The notes beneath the pieces were generated by a model that saw only the letters and a program-made list of their open reading frames with translations, was not told the origin of the DNA and searched no databases. Both the position numbers and the translations under genes were made by a program. From a bacterium (GTDB lineage Bacteria > Patescibacteriota > Saccharimonadia > Saccharimonadales > JAUPVS01): a stretch of DNA of 64,000 nucleotides. How positions within the stretch are numbered: the stretch's first letter is position 1; every line of letters begins with the position of its first letter. The stretch covers positions 43,275-107,274 of the forward strand of contig JAKOXV010000024.1 of assembly GCA_029780855.1 (NCBI GenBank), written 5' to 3'. Shown here in pieces: positions 1 through 9,774 of this stretch.

Positions 1-58
1 ATTGACGAACTCAGTCCTAAAACATCAGGAAAGAGTGGGTGGGGAAGGCGGGAAGCCC

Positions 59-826
59 TCAGGAGTTGAGGATGTCTTCGATCTCGACGATCAACGACTT
101 CAGCCGATCCTGTCCGAAAACGAACCGGATGTGCCGTCGAACGACCGAGGCCGAGACAGTCTCGTCCAGAGCAGCCAGGAGCAACTGTGTCGCTTCCAAC
201 TGGTAGACGAGAGTCCTGCCGATCACCGTGGCTTCTCCGTCCTCCGGATCCATCGGTCGACTCCTCACCGGGCTGACAGGAGGCATCTCCTCGCTTGCCG
301 GCTCAACCCTGCGCTGCTCATGAAGGGCGGGCACGGTATCCTCGGCAGCGACGTCGAATGCCCGATTGCCAGGAAGGAGGTTCGACACCATGACCTCGCG
401 GTACTCGGCGACGATCTCATCCAGCGTGTCCTTGTGGGACTCGACGTAGCGGATGAGTCGGTGCTGCTTGTCGGGATACAGCCCGCTGCCACGCAGGATG
501 AGGTCGTAGATGCCGTTGGTATTGGCGTATCCGATCTCCTCCGTAGCTCCCTCGACCGTGATGAGGTCAAAGGCGATCAACGTGGCGAAGGACTGCGTCA
601 CCGCAGGCAGCGCCTTGAACTCCTCGACCTGGTAGCCGAGCAGCCCCAGGAAGACGCGCAGCCGAAGCTGCTCAGACCCCTTGGGAATCGTGCCCGACTG
701 CCAGGTACGAACCGTGTCCTCCGTGACCTTGGCAAACTGCGCCAGGGCTGGAAGGAGGTGGTTCGACTCGAAGCGCTCGAAGAGGTCCTTCTGGCACTCA
801 GCGGAGGTTCCGCTCATCAGTGCCAT
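59..826 (-). CDS. hypothetical protein with N-terminal HTH-like segment (GC-rich island 1)
   Basis: 255-codon ORF with strong GC3 bias. ATG 826-824 shares one nt with the TGA (828-826) of the upstream gene, which suggests translational coupling. LAQFAKVTEDTVRTWQSG looks like a helix-turn-helix. No family recognised. Confidence 0.6.
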   Translation of the reverse strand: MALMSGTSAECQKDLFERFESNHLLPALAQFAKVTEDTVRTWQSGTIPKGSEQLRLRVFLGLLGYQVEEFKALPAVTQSFATLIAFDLITVEGATEEIGYANTNGIYDLILRGSGLYPDKQHRLIRYVESHKDTLDEIVAEYREVMVSNLLPGNRAFDVAAEDTVPALHEQRRVEPASEEMPPVSPVRSRPMDPEDGEATVIGRTLVYQLEATQLLLAALDETVSASVVRRHIRFVFGQDRLKSLIVEIEDILNS

Positions 827-1890
827 CAGTCCTCCTCCCCGAACTCCTCGATGTCGCTGTCGTACATCCCCCGGCGCAGCTGGAGCCTGCGGGTCCGCCG
901 GCCGGAGTTGATGTGCTTGACGAAGTGCCAGTAGAGCGTGTCCGCCGCCATGCCGCTCGAGGACGCCAGTCGCATCAGCTCCGGGTCGTCGACCGGGAAC
1001 TGGGCGAGCTTGTTGACGACGCTCTTGTCGACGACGAGCTTGTCGCCGTCCCAGAAGTTGACGTGGTCGCTGAGCACCTTGGCGAGGGTGATCAGGAACG
1101 TTGCCTTCAGGAACGGAGCTCCCTGGCGGTAGGCCACCCGGCGGATGCCCCAGGCCTGGTCGACGACGTCGAAGAAGAGCCGGATGTTCTGGATGAACGT
1201 GGCCCGACCGACGTTGTCCATGATCTTCTGCAGGCCGTTGGCCAGCTCGATCACGTTGGAGCCCGAACCGGGGCCGGCGTGACCGTGGAGCCGCCCGACC
1301 ACCTTGACGAGGGTCGTCGCGGTGAGCAGGTCGTTGCCACGGCGCATCTGCTGCTGCCAGCAGATCTTGTCCGTGAGGACGAAGGCCTCGCTGCCGGAGA
1401 GCTTGTAGAGCGCGTCCATCGCCGGCACGGTCACCCGCTTGTTGCGCAGGGTCACGTTGCCGGAGAGGCCGGTCTGACCGACGTTGAGGTCCTCGAAGCG
1501 CTCGCGCTCCCACTCCTCGTTCGTCCCGAAGTGGATGACCGCTCCCAAGTGGGGGATCACCTCGCAGGACTCGTCGAGCAGCATCTCCTGTGCGGCCGAG
1601 ACCCGCTGCAGGCCGTCCACGATGTAGACGGGGTCCTGCAGGTAGAAGCTGCCGCTGACCTCACGGCACCGCTGGCCTCGCATGCCGAGGTCGATGTCCG
1701 GCACTCGGCTGCGCATCAGCGCCTTCTTGAGCTTGCGGATCTTCTCCTTGGAGAGGATCTCGCGCTGGTAGTCGTCGACCTGGAGGAAGCCAAGGCTGTC
1801 CGGATCGATGACACCGCGCAGGACGATCTCCCCCTGAGGGGTCTCGTCGAGGGCGGCGTTGATCACCTTCACGCTTTCGCGATCGGCCAT
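826..1890 (-). CDS. DGQHR/DndB-like (ParB/Srx-fold) domain protein
   Basis: Motifs VDDYQRE and YIVDGLQRV resemble the QR and DGQ(H)R signatures of DndB-like proteins. Start set at ATG 1890 behind GAAAGGAAA; the track start at 1944 is a TTG lying in low-GC DNA. Confidence 0.55.
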   Translation of the reverse strand: MADRESVKVINAALDETPQGEIVLRGVIDPDSLGFLQVDDYQREILSKEKIRKLKKALMRSRVPDIDLGMRGQRCREVSGSFYLQDPVYIVDGLQRVSAAQEMLLDESCEVIPHLGAVIHFGTNEEWERERFEDLNVGQTGLSGNVTLRNKRVTVPAMDALYKLSGSEAFVLTDKICWQQQMRRGNDLLTATTLVKVVGRLHGHAGPGSGSNVIELANGLQKIMDNVGRATFIQNIRLFFDVVDQAWGIRRVAYRQGAPFLKATFLITLAKVLSDHVNFWDGDKLVVDKSVVNKLAQFPVDDPELMRLASSSGMAADTLYWHFVKHINSGRRTRRLQLRRGMYDSDIEEFGEED

Positions 1891-2064
1891 GATGGATGGG
1901 TTTCCTTTCGGTGAGGGGTTAAGCTCCCATGCTTGGGATAGCAACCCACTACGCTGTCAATGTACGTGCCGGTGTTTTTAGTGTTGGCGCACTGATGTTC
2001 TTTTGGCGCAATGCCTTAAGAACCACCTAGTTTCCTAGGAATATCCCTCTGGGATTCACGCAGT

Positions 2065-2093
2065 ATTTTATCATAAATATGCAGTTTTGTAAA
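2065..2093 (-). promoter_or_regulatory. candidate sigma70-type promoter for the GC-rich operon
   Basis: Read on the - strand: TTTACA (2093-2088), 17-nt spacer, TAAAAT (2070-2065). It lies in the low-GC spacer just after the T4CP stop codon. Confidence 0.4.
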
Positions 2094-2097
2094 CTAT

Positions 2098-4665
2098 TTA
2101 CCTGAGATGAATGGTGGTACCGTCGTCAGAACTGGGGGATGGTACTATCTGGCTAGTTTCCTGCTTGTTGAAGGGGGAGTCAGTTGTTTTCTTTTTGCGG
2201 CGCCGAGTTCGTTTGCGCTTGGGCTTTTCCGGTACCGGGTCAATCATTACCTCAGTAGCTACCGGGGTAAGGTGCGTTTCAGGTTTTGGATCGGGCTGTT
2301 GAGATTTATCGGCTTGTGGTGGCGTTGGCTTGGGCGATTTCTTTTGATTGTTTTGAGTATTTTTTTGCACGGTATTCGCTAGCTGCTGGGGCGTAATGTA
2401 GCGGTCTTGCACATAGACCTCTACATCGGCACGTGTAATCGCGAATTGCTCACGGCTATGGGCGATTATCTCATCGCTAAAATCATCGGTCTGCTGTGGC
2501 AGATTAAGGCTGAAAGCAGAAAAAGCTGGTACTTTTTCACCATCAATCGTCATACTGATTATAAAATTGCGGTTGTGCATGTGCACTAGATCATACTCCG
2601 TAAACTTGGGCTCAAAGTAGCGAGCCATGGTGCGGGCATCGTCCGCACTGGAACGGAAGGAAATAATTGACCCGACGTTCCCAAACACCGCGTCTTTTAC
2701 CGTATCCATCATCTGTGCAATGTACTGGTTTGCAACCGTCAAGTTCAGGGCATACTTACGGGCTTCTGACAAAATCGTCGCAAATGAATCAGTCGCAAAG
2801 TTCTGGAACTCGTCCACATACAGATAGAACGGAACACGATCTTTTTCATCAATATCTGCACGGGACATTGCACCCATCTGGATTTTGGTTACCATCAATG
2901 CACCAAGCAGCGAAGCGTTATCTTCGCCAATCAGACCTCGGGACAGATTTACAATCAATATTTTCCGATCATCCATAATCTGCCGAATATTAAAGCTACT
3001 CTTGGGCTGGCCGATGATATTCCGCACAATCGGGTTAGCAGTAAAGGCGCCCACCTTGTTCAAAACTGGCGCAACAGCTTCGGTGGCGAACTTATCATTC
3101 CAGCTCGCAAACTCAACGTTCCAAAAATTTATCACTACCGGGTCAGTTACGTGCGAAACAACATCTTTACGGAAACTTTTATCGGTGAGCATTCTGGTAA
3201 TATCCAGCATGGTAGCATCGGGGTACTCAATGAGCGCCAGCAGAGTGTAGCGCAAAATGTACTCCAGCCGTGGGCCCCATGATTCAAACATGCGCTTCAA
3301 GACCCCAATAAGTTCAGATACCGTTGTGGTGCGAAGTTTAGGATCGCCAACTTCCAGAGGGTTAAACGCAATTGGGAAGTCGGTATCAGCAGGATTAAAG
3401 TAAATAACGTCTTTGGCACGTTCACGGGGTATGCGCTTTAGAATGTTGATGGCATAATCGCCGTGCGGATCGATGACCGCAAACCCGTGGGGGCTGTAGA
3501 TATCGGAGATAGTAAGTAGTTCCAGCATACCGGACTTACCGGTACCGGTCTGACCAATGATATAAAGGTGGCGTGAACGGTCCTGCCGCAACAGCCCAAA
3601 CATAGTGTTGTGCCCCCGAAAGTTAGTGACCGCAATAGGGGAGAGGTCGGCATGATATTCATTTCCTTCAACAATCGGCAATGTTGCTGGCGGCTCGGCG
3701 GTAGCGGTCGATGACCACAAGATATTTGGTGTTTCCACGCTGGTATGAGGTAGGTGATACAAACTAGCTACCTCTTCAATATTCATGGTAAAGCCCGGGC
3801 CTTTATAGCGTCGTTCGGCAAATAGCTGGATTCCATGTGGTTCAGCGGTAATGTACTTTTCAGTAAATCCGTTCAGGTAAGTAGAATTAAACTGCTTAAA
3901 ACTGGATATAATCGCCTGCACCCGCATGCGAGCTTGAGAAGGAGAAGTAACCCCCCGGTAGACCAGCCGAATTGCTGCTTCATAGGCTATTTTTTGGCTC
4001 TTTTGTTCAGCGCCACTGATCTGAGCGTTTTGATACTCACTGAGCTGTGCTGGCTTTCCATCAGATTGCTCTGGTGGCGCCCATAGAGCCCCGGCTATGC
4101 CTTTCATGCCGCTACCTTTGGCTGCTTTCATATTAGCAATGTATTTTTCTGTCTTCTTGTACCAGTTTTCTGTTGCTGGCTGAACAAGAACTTGAATCCA
4201 CGCCTCTTCGTTCATCTCAAACTTGGCTAACGTAGCGGTGATCGCAGCCAACGGGTCAACCTCAAAACTGGGAAACGTTTTGATAGGCAACACATCGTTT
4301 TTGGTAAATTTGAGTTCAGCAGTAAGTTGGGTTACGTGATCTTGCTCTGGAGGAACTACGGCGTAATCATCTATTCGTGTTATATGAACAGTAGGGTACT
4401 GGGCGTAAATCTGTTCCTCTACGAAGCTTTCCAGCTCGCGCGGAACCCAAATATAAAAACCGATCCGCTTTTGTTTAACGGCAATTTCCATACTTATTCG
4501 TTCGCGCGCCTGTTTAGAAGATCCGTAGGAAGACAGCAACAACCCATGCACGCTGGCAAACATCTGCTCGGCGGCAAGCTCTTTTTTGTCGTTCGTGCGG
4601 GGAACCTGCAAGAGAAGGGTAACACCGTCGGCGGTATGAGTTGGTGCTTTTTTAAATAGTCGCAT
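2098..4665 (-). CDS. type IV secretion coupling-protein-like ATPase (VirD4/TraG/TraD family) with K/P-rich C-terminal tail
   Basis: 855 aa. Walker A GQTGTGKSG and Walker B-like YLYVDEFQNF. Overall resemblance to T4SS DNA-binding/coupling ATPases. C-terminal ~100 aa are low-complexity (KKSPKPTPPQADK...KRKRTRRRKKK). Confidence 0.75.
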   Translation of the reverse strand: MRLFKKAPTHTADGVTLLLQVPRTNDKKELAAEQMFASVHGLLLSSYGSSKQARERISMEIAVKQKRIGFYIWVPRELESFVEEQIYAQYPTVHITRIDDYAVVPPEQDHVTQLTAELKFTKNDVLPIKTFPSFEVDPLAAITATLAKFEMNEEAWIQVLVQPATENWYKKTEKYIANMKAAKGSGMKGIAGALWAPPEQSDGKPAQLSEYQNAQISGAEQKSQKIAYEAAIRLVYRGVTSPSQARMRVQAIISSFKQFNSTYLNGFTEKYITAEPHGIQLFAERRYKGPGFTMNIEEVASLYHLPHTSVETPNILWSSTATAEPPATLPIVEGNEYHADLSPIAVTNFRGHNTMFGLLRQDRSRHLYIIGQTGTGKSGMLELLTISDIYSPHGFAVIDPHGDYAINILKRIPRERAKDVIYFNPADTDFPIAFNPLEVGDPKLRTTTVSELIGVLKRMFESWGPRLEYILRYTLLALIEYPDATMLDITRMLTDKSFRKDVVSHVTDPVVINFWNVEFASWNDKFATEAVAPVLNKVGAFTANPIVRNIIGQPKSSFNIRQIMDDRKILIVNLSRGLIGEDNASLLGALMVTKIQMGAMSRADIDEKDRVPFYLYVDEFQNFATDSFATILSEARKYALNLTVANQYIAQMMDTVKDAVFGNVGSIISFRSSADDARTMARYFEPKFTEYDLVHMHNRNFIISMTIDGEKVPAFSAFSLNLPQQTDDFSDEIIAHSREQFAITRADVEVYVQDRYITPQQLANTVQKNTQNNQKKSPKPTPPQADKSQQPDPKPETHLTPVATEVMIDPVPEKPKRKRTRRRKKKTTDSPFNKQETSQIVPSPSSDDGTTIHLR

Positions 4666-4807
4666 ACGTTTACACTACAATATCATTAAACTGTTATATT
4701 TGCAAGGTTAAGCTGTTTGTACTCATACTATTGTAGTCGCTTTGGGCTCGGAATGAAACGGCTATTAACATTGGCAAGCAAAAGGGTAAGTTGCTACAAT
4801 ACTGCTT

Positions 4808-6046
4808 ATGATTGATGATATTGTGCCGCCGGGTCCGCCCGAGCAGCCAAATAAAAATGCGCCGCGAAGCGAAAAACCCCCAAAAACGACTGAACTACCA
4901 AAGAAAGAAGCATCGGAAAATACCGATTCTCATCCTGCAGAGTTTGCAATTTCGGGTCATAAGTACGTCAAAGATCGCCGATCGTTCCGGATTTGGCCGA
5001 GTCATCTGGCCAAGAAATGGCAGATACTTATCGGGGCGGGTATTTTTTTAGTTACCGCTGGAGTTATTGGCGGTATCCTCTGGTATCAGCACACCCACAA
5101 ACCAAAGGTCACTAAACCGGTGGTAGTAACCAAAAAAGCTCCACCGCCGGCGCCCACAACCGTAGCATCACCCCTGACAGGAGTGCAAGTTACACCAGAA
5201 TTGGCTAAACACATCGTAACCGGTGTAATGATAGAGAACAGTCCCGATGCCAGACCTCAGTCAGGCCTCAAGGATGCCGGCGTGGTTTACGAAGCTATCG
5301 CTGAGGGCGGTATAACCCGCTTTTTGGCTCTATTCCAGGAAGCAACGCCCGATTACATCGGCCCAGCTAGAAGTGCCCGGCCATACTACCTTGACTGGGT
5401 ACTGCCCTATGATGCCGGCTATGCTCATGTAGGTGGCAGCCCCGAGGCGCTCGCCCAGATCAAGCAGCTCGGAATTAAAGACATGGATCAGTTCTATAAC
5501 AGCGCCTACTACTGGCGAGTAAGTAATCGTTACGCGCCCCACAATATGTACACCAGCATAGCCAAGCTTAATGAGGGTGAAGCCAAAAAAGGCTGGACAA
5601 CAAGCAACTTTACCGGCTTCGCCCGTAAAGCAAAAGAAGAGCCGGCCGCTACTCCGACCGCCAAGAGTATTGATTTTGCCATCTCTAGTTACCTATACAA
5701 TGTGCACTATGATTATGATGCCGCCACCAATTCTTACCTTAGGAGCGAGGGCGGTAAACCACATATGGACGAAAAGTCCAACTCACAGCTTGCGCCAAAA
5801 GTGGTTATTGCGCTGGGCATGCACCACTCTATAGAGGCTGATGGTTACCACAGCGCCTACGCCACCGTAGGTTCTGGTCCGATGTTCGTGTTTCAGGATG
5901 GCGTACAGACTCAAGGCACCTGGACTAAGGCAGACAGAGGCTCTCAGTTCACCTTTACTGATGCAAACGGCAAGCCGCTAAAACTGAACCCCGGACAAAC
6001 GTGGATAACTATGGTTGAGGGCGCCAGTAGCATTACGGCGCAATAA
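4808..6046 (+). CDS. DUF3048-like secreted/membrane-anchored protein
   Basis: N-terminal TM helix followed by PLTG...ENSPDARPQSGL...VVYEAIAEGGITRFLALF, typical of the DUF3048 family. Confidence 0.75.
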   Translation: MIDDIVPPGPPEQPNKNAPRSEKPPKTTELPKKEASENTDSHPAEFAISGHKYVKDRRSFRIWPSHLAKKWQILIGAGIFLVTAGVIGGILWYQHTHKPKVTKPVVVTKKAPPPAPTTVASPLTGVQVTPELAKHIVTGVMIENSPDARPQSGLKDAGVVYEAIAEGGITRFLALFQEATPDYIGPARSARPYYLDWVLPYDAGYAHVGGSPEALAQIKQLGIKDMDQFYNSAYYWRVSNRYAPHNMYTSIAKLNEGEAKKGWTTSNFTGFARKAKEEPAATPTAKSIDFAISSYLYNVHYDYDAATNSYLRSEGGKPHMDEKSNSQLAPKVVIALGMHHSIEADGYHSAYATVGSGPMFVFQDGVQTQGTWTKADRGSQFTFTDANGKPLKLNPGQTWITMVEGASSITAQ

Positions 6047-6050
6047 CATT

Positions 6051-7586
6051 ATGGATCATTTCACCCGCCTGAAGCGCCAAATACAGAGTTACGCATTCAT
6101 ACTTGGCGCCATCGAGGTCACATTACTTGTTTCTGCGGCTTGGGCGGCAGGCTTTTTCTTTAATATCAACCAGACAGTTATTGACTTAGTAGTTCTGGTG
6201 TTCGGCGTGGGAGCCGCGTGGTTGTATGCCACACTTGTCACCAACTACGCTACCGAACCAATAGAGTTTCTGTGGCGCGCAATCTTGCATGTATCGCCGA
6301 ATCACGTTGGGGTTGTAGCCCCCAACCTCAATGATAGCCATGTGGGCAGGGAATTAGTCACCAGTTTGTCGTTACAGGTCTACCAGCTCGCCAGTACCAG
6401 CGGGGCCATGCAGCAGGCTTCTCCAAACCACAGTTTGCTAGTTGCTGAATCAATGGCCAACAATTTACCGTTACCCCTGTTTGCAATGGACAAGAACCAA
6501 AACATCACCTTTGTGAACGAAGCGGGATTACACTATATTTCCCGTACCGCGAGCGACACCGTAGGGAAGCCATTCTATGACGTCTTGGATTTATCGTTTC
6601 AGGACAATCAAACGTTTGACGCCTGGCTGCAGGACTGTCGAGCAAATAAAGTGACTGACAGCCGCTCTTGGGAACGGGTCAGAATGAAGCTATCAGACCA
6701 GAAAACCTTGCGTCAGTTTGATATGGCAGCCTACTACAACAAAGAAAACTCTGCTGGGGTAGAAACGGCTATCGCGTTCTTTGATCAGAGCTCTCGGTAC
6801 TCTGCAGATGACAACGCACTGAGCTTCATCGCCCTTGCCGTTCACGAACTCCGGACCCCGCTAACCATGCTTCGCGGGTACATAGAAGTTTTTGAGGATG
6901 AGCTTGGCAGTCAGCTGGACCCCGACCACGCCCGCTTTATGCATCAGATGAATGCCTCTGCCCAGCAGTTGACTGCTTTCGTAAACAACATACTCAACGT
7001 TGCTCGCATAGAAGAAAACCAGCTCACCCTGCAGTTAACCGAAGAAGATTGGGGTACTGTGCTTAGTAATGCCGTCGCCGACCTTACGCTGCGTGCGCAG
7101 GTGCACGGTCTCACCATTGAATGCTCAGTTGACGGCAATGTACCGGCTGTGGGAGTCGATAAAGTTAGTATTTACGAAGTAATCAATAACCTGATTGACA
7201 ATGCCATCAAATACAGCGACAACGGGAAAAAAATCGTCATTCATTCATATGTTACAAAAGACGGCATGGTTGAAACGACCGTGCAGGATTTTGGCATCGG
7301 CATCCCCAGCAGTGTGATGCCACACCTGTTTGAAAAGTTTGAACGAAACCACCGCACCAGGTCACAAATTGGCGGGACCGGGCTGGGACTCTACCTCAGT
7401 AAAGCGATTATTAACGCACACGGCGGAAATATCTGGGTGAAATCTAAGGAAGAAGAAGGTAGTGTTTTTGGATTCACCATTCAGCCGTACGCTAAACTTG
7501 CCGATGAACAGAAAAATAGCAATAATAAAGACATTGTACGTGGAGCCCACGGCTGGATTAAGAACCATTCACTGTATAGGAGATAA
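6051..7586 (+). CDS. sensor histidine kinase (PAS-like + HisKA + HATPase_c)
   Basis: H-box AVHELRTPLTMLRGY, N-box NLIDNAIKYS, G-boxes DFGIGI and GGTGLGL. ATG 6051 chosen, 4 nt after the upstream stop. Confidence 0.9.
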   Translation: MDHFTRLKRQIQSYAFILGAIEVTLLVSAAWAAGFFFNINQTVIDLVVLVFGVGAAWLYATLVTNYATEPIEFLWRAILHVSPNHVGVVAPNLNDSHVGRELVTSLSLQVYQLASTSGAMQQASPNHSLLVAESMANNLPLPLFAMDKNQNITFVNEAGLHYISRTASDTVGKPFYDVLDLSFQDNQTFDAWLQDCRANKVTDSRSWERVRMKLSDQKTLRQFDMAAYYNKENSAGVETAIAFFDQSSRYSADDNALSFIALAVHELRTPLTMLRGYIEVFEDELGSQLDPDHARFMHQMNASAQQLTAFVNNILNVARIEENQLTLQLTEEDWGTVLSNAVADLTLRAQVHGLTIECSVDGNVPAVGVDKVSIYEVINNLIDNAIKYSDNGKKIVIHSYVTKDGMVETTVQDFGIGIPSSVMPHLFEKFERNHRTRSQIGGTGLGLYLSKAIINAHGGNIWVKSKEEEGSVFGFTIQPYAKLADEQKNSNNKDIVRGAHGWIKNHSLYRR

Positions 7587-7588
7587 CC

Positions 7589-7996
7589 ATGAACCCAGAC
7601 AACCCCATACCGCAGACCCCCCAAACTCCGCGAAACCGCCGAGTGCTTTGCATAGAGGACGAACATTTCATTGGCGAACTATATGCCCGGGCGCTCACTA
7701 AAGCTGGGTATGACATAAACGTAATTGTCGACGGGGTCAAGGGGCTAGAAGAAGCCAAGACCAACCAGTATGACATTATTCTGCTCGATCTCATGATCCC
7801 TAATATGACAGGCATAGACCTACTTAAGAAGCTTCGCACTGATGTACCTAACCTAAAGGCTAAGATCATTATTACAACCAATCTGGAGCAAAAAGAAGAA
7901 ACCCGTAAGGGCATTGAAAGCCAGGCTGATGGCTACATTATCAAGGCCGAAATTACTCCTCACCAGCTCGTACAGATTCTTGACGGCATCGCCTAG
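7589..7996 (+). CDS. single-domain response regulator (CheY-like receiver)
   Basis: Receiver motifs CIEDE, DIILLDLMIP, IIITT and KAEI. GGAG sits 7 nt upstream. The start is 2 nt after the kinase stop. Confidence 0.9.
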   Translation: MNPDNPIPQTPQTPRNRRVLCIEDEHFIGELYARALTKAGYDINVIVDGVKGLEEAKTNQYDIILLDLMIPNMTGIDLLKKLRTDVPNLKAKIIITTNLEQKEETRKGIESQADGYIIKAEITPHQLVQILDGIA

Positions 7997-9258
7997 GCTC
8001 GCTTCAAAAGCAGCTCGAAATAGCGCGTCCCCCCAAAAGGGATTTTTTGTTTAACCTTTTTCTGACCCTCTAGCGACTGGGCCGCTGCAATGACAAAGCT
8101 GCCGTACTGATCATTTATCTCATCAACGGCCGTAGTAAGCCACTCGGCCTTATTGACCTCATCAAACAAGCTTACCTGCGCTCGAGCCGACGCTGTTAGT
8201 TGGTAGCAGGTGATCCCCATAGCGCTCACCACCAAGTGTCGAGGCCGCTGATTAAACAGATACAGCGCCCGCTGGTAAATGTCACGATCAGTAAAAAAGG
8301 GAACCTTGAACATTTTGCGCTGATACCAGCCATCACCTGTCTGGAACTGTGCCCAAACCAGGATTCCGCGGGCGTCACAGGCGTTATACCGCAACTTTTT
8401 GCCAGTAGTTTCGCACAGGTACTGGAAGCGGGGGAGTAGCACGGCTTCGTCAGCGGTGCGTACGTCTAGCACAAACTGACGGCCCACGTTGCCTAATTTC
8501 GTTTTATAATCATCCACCTCATAGCCCCGTAGACGTTTATACCAATCTTCGCCCACGACGCTCTGAAACACCAACCGCTTGAGCGTGTCGTCAGAAGCAT
8601 CCAAAAATTCTAGCGGAGTCATGATGCCGGCAGCATTTAGCCGAGCCTTGTAGTGGCTGGCAATCCCCGTAAGATCGGTTAGCTCCAGCTCTTTGTATAC
8701 GGCGCGCAGATTACGGTAATCGATCCGATCCATTCCATCAGGCTTGTGCAAACCAGCAGCTGTCTTGGCTAAAAAGCGGTTGGGACCAATACCAATATTA
8801 ACCTTCATCCAACCGCCTAGCTCCCTCTGGAGTTCTCGCTTTATCTCGCGTCCAATATCCTCCAGGGGGCGTGTATTAATAACTTCTCGGGTACCATGAA
8901 AATCAATCACGCCCTCGTCAATACTCTTCATCACTACATCGGGTGAATAGCGCTTCATAATTGTCGCCAGCTTCTGGTAGACATAGTGATACTTGGGCGG
9001 ATCCGTCTCTAACATAATCAAATCAGGAACTAGCAGGCGAGCCTCATCGTAGCGCATGCCCACCTTCACACCGAGCGCCTTGGCTTCATAGGAGGCCGTA
9101 ATGACGCAGCAATGTGGCGTGATGCGGTTAGTAATGCCGATTGGCCGTCCGCGCAAAGAAGGATGCGCTTGCTGCTCGGTGGTAGCAAAAGCGCTGTTGA
9201 GATCGATATGCATGATGAGCACTTCTTCGGTGTTGATTGGTAGAGTAAAGCGTTTCAC
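7993..9258 (-). CDS. Y-family DNA polymerase (DinB/UmuC/ImuB-like)
   Basis: IMHIDLNSAFATTEQ matches the N-terminal catalytic motif of Y-family polymerases; SIDEG is also present. GTG 9258 overlaps the upstream TGA (GTGA). ATG 9291 or the internal ATG (MHID) are alternative starts. Confidence 0.85.
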   Translation of the reverse strand: MKRFTLPINTEEVLIMHIDLNSAFATTEQQAHPSLRGRPIGITNRITPHCCVITASYEAKALGVKVGMRYDEARLLVPDLIMLETDPPKYHYVYQKLATIMKRYSPDVVMKSIDEGVIDFHGTREVINTRPLEDIGREIKRELQRELGGWMKVNIGIGPNRFLAKTAAGLHKPDGMDRIDYRNLRAVYKELELTDLTGIASHYKARLNAAGIMTPLEFLDASDDTLKRLVFQSVVGEDWYKRLRGYEVDDYKTKLGNVGRQFVLDVRTADEAVLLPRFQYLCETTGKKLRYNACDARGILVWAQFQTGDGWYQRKMFKVPFFTDRDIYQRALYLFNQRPRHLVVSAMGITCYQLTASARAQVSLFDEVNKAEWLTTAVDEINDQYGSFVIAAAQSLEGQKKVKQKIPFGGTRYFELLLKRA

Positions 9259-9518
9259 GCATGCCCCTCCAACACGGCAACTAACGTCCACGTCAAACCC
9301 TCGGCGTCAAACTCTAGCCGGTAATCGTTTACGCCGTCGCTCATGTCAAACACATGCACCATCCGCTGGCCTTTGGCCGTAGGGTGTCGCAAACCCAGTT
9401 CCGTAAACACGATCTCTTGGTTCCGAAACTTCATTTTAGCGGGGTAGCACAACATGCCGACCGGTACATTCCTGCGGAACATTGCCAGTACTTCTACACG
9501 CTCATTAATAATGGTCAT
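9255..9518 (-). CDS. small hypothetical protein, paralog of 9529-9774
   Basis: 87 aa. AAGGAT lies 6 nt before ATG 9518. Shares KGQ..FDM(S/T)DG..YRL..WTLV with the upstream ORF. Confidence 0.7.
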   Translation of the reverse strand: MTIINERVEVLAMFRRNVPVGMLCYPAKMKFRNQEIVFTELGLRHPTAKGQRMVHVFDMSDGVNDYRLEFDAEGLTWTLVAVLEGHA

Positions 9519-9528
9519 TCTGGGATCC

Positions 9529-9774
9529 TTACGCCGGGCGGGTTCCAACGAGCGTCCAGCTGTCATTTTCTAGGCGTAGGCGGTAAATAGTACGGCCGTC
9601 CGTCATATCAAATAGCTTAATCACGTGCTGTCCTTTGCGCACCAGATACTGAAAGCCATCCTCAAACGTGCAGCGCGTATTGCCGAATTCAATTTGCTTA
9701 GGCAGCATCCTGAACTGGCGTCCCTTCAAAAAGTAAAAGGCGTTTACGTTAACGATTTCGTTGATTGAGTTCAT
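9529..9774 (-). CDS. small hypothetical protein, paralog of 9255-9518
   Basis: 81 aa. GAAGGAG lies 8 nt before ATG 9774. Start chosen by alignment with its paralog (MNSINEIVNV vs MTIINERVEV). Confidence 0.7.
   Translation of the reverse strand: MNSINEIVNVNAFYFLKGRQFRMLPKQIEFGNTRCTFEDGFQYLVRKGQHVIKLFDMTDGRTIYRLRLENDSWTLVGTRPA

Noticed and set aside
1-45. Possible third hammerhead at the window start (- strand reads CCUGAUGUUUUAGGACUGAGUUCGUC).
   Set aside because: It has CUGAUGU rather than CUGAUGA, no stem II complement and no GAAA. The resemblance is superficial only.
2-1914. Long + strand ORFs (2-934, 820-1914), the N-terminal extension of the - strand ORF 59-1513, and several shorter ORFs in the first 2 kb.
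   Set aside because: They are Arg/Pro/Gly/Leu-rich shadow frames, typical of GC-rich DNA read opposite to or out of frame with the real genes. The two - strand genes (59-826, 826-1890) have sensible sequences, an SD and a coupled stop/start.
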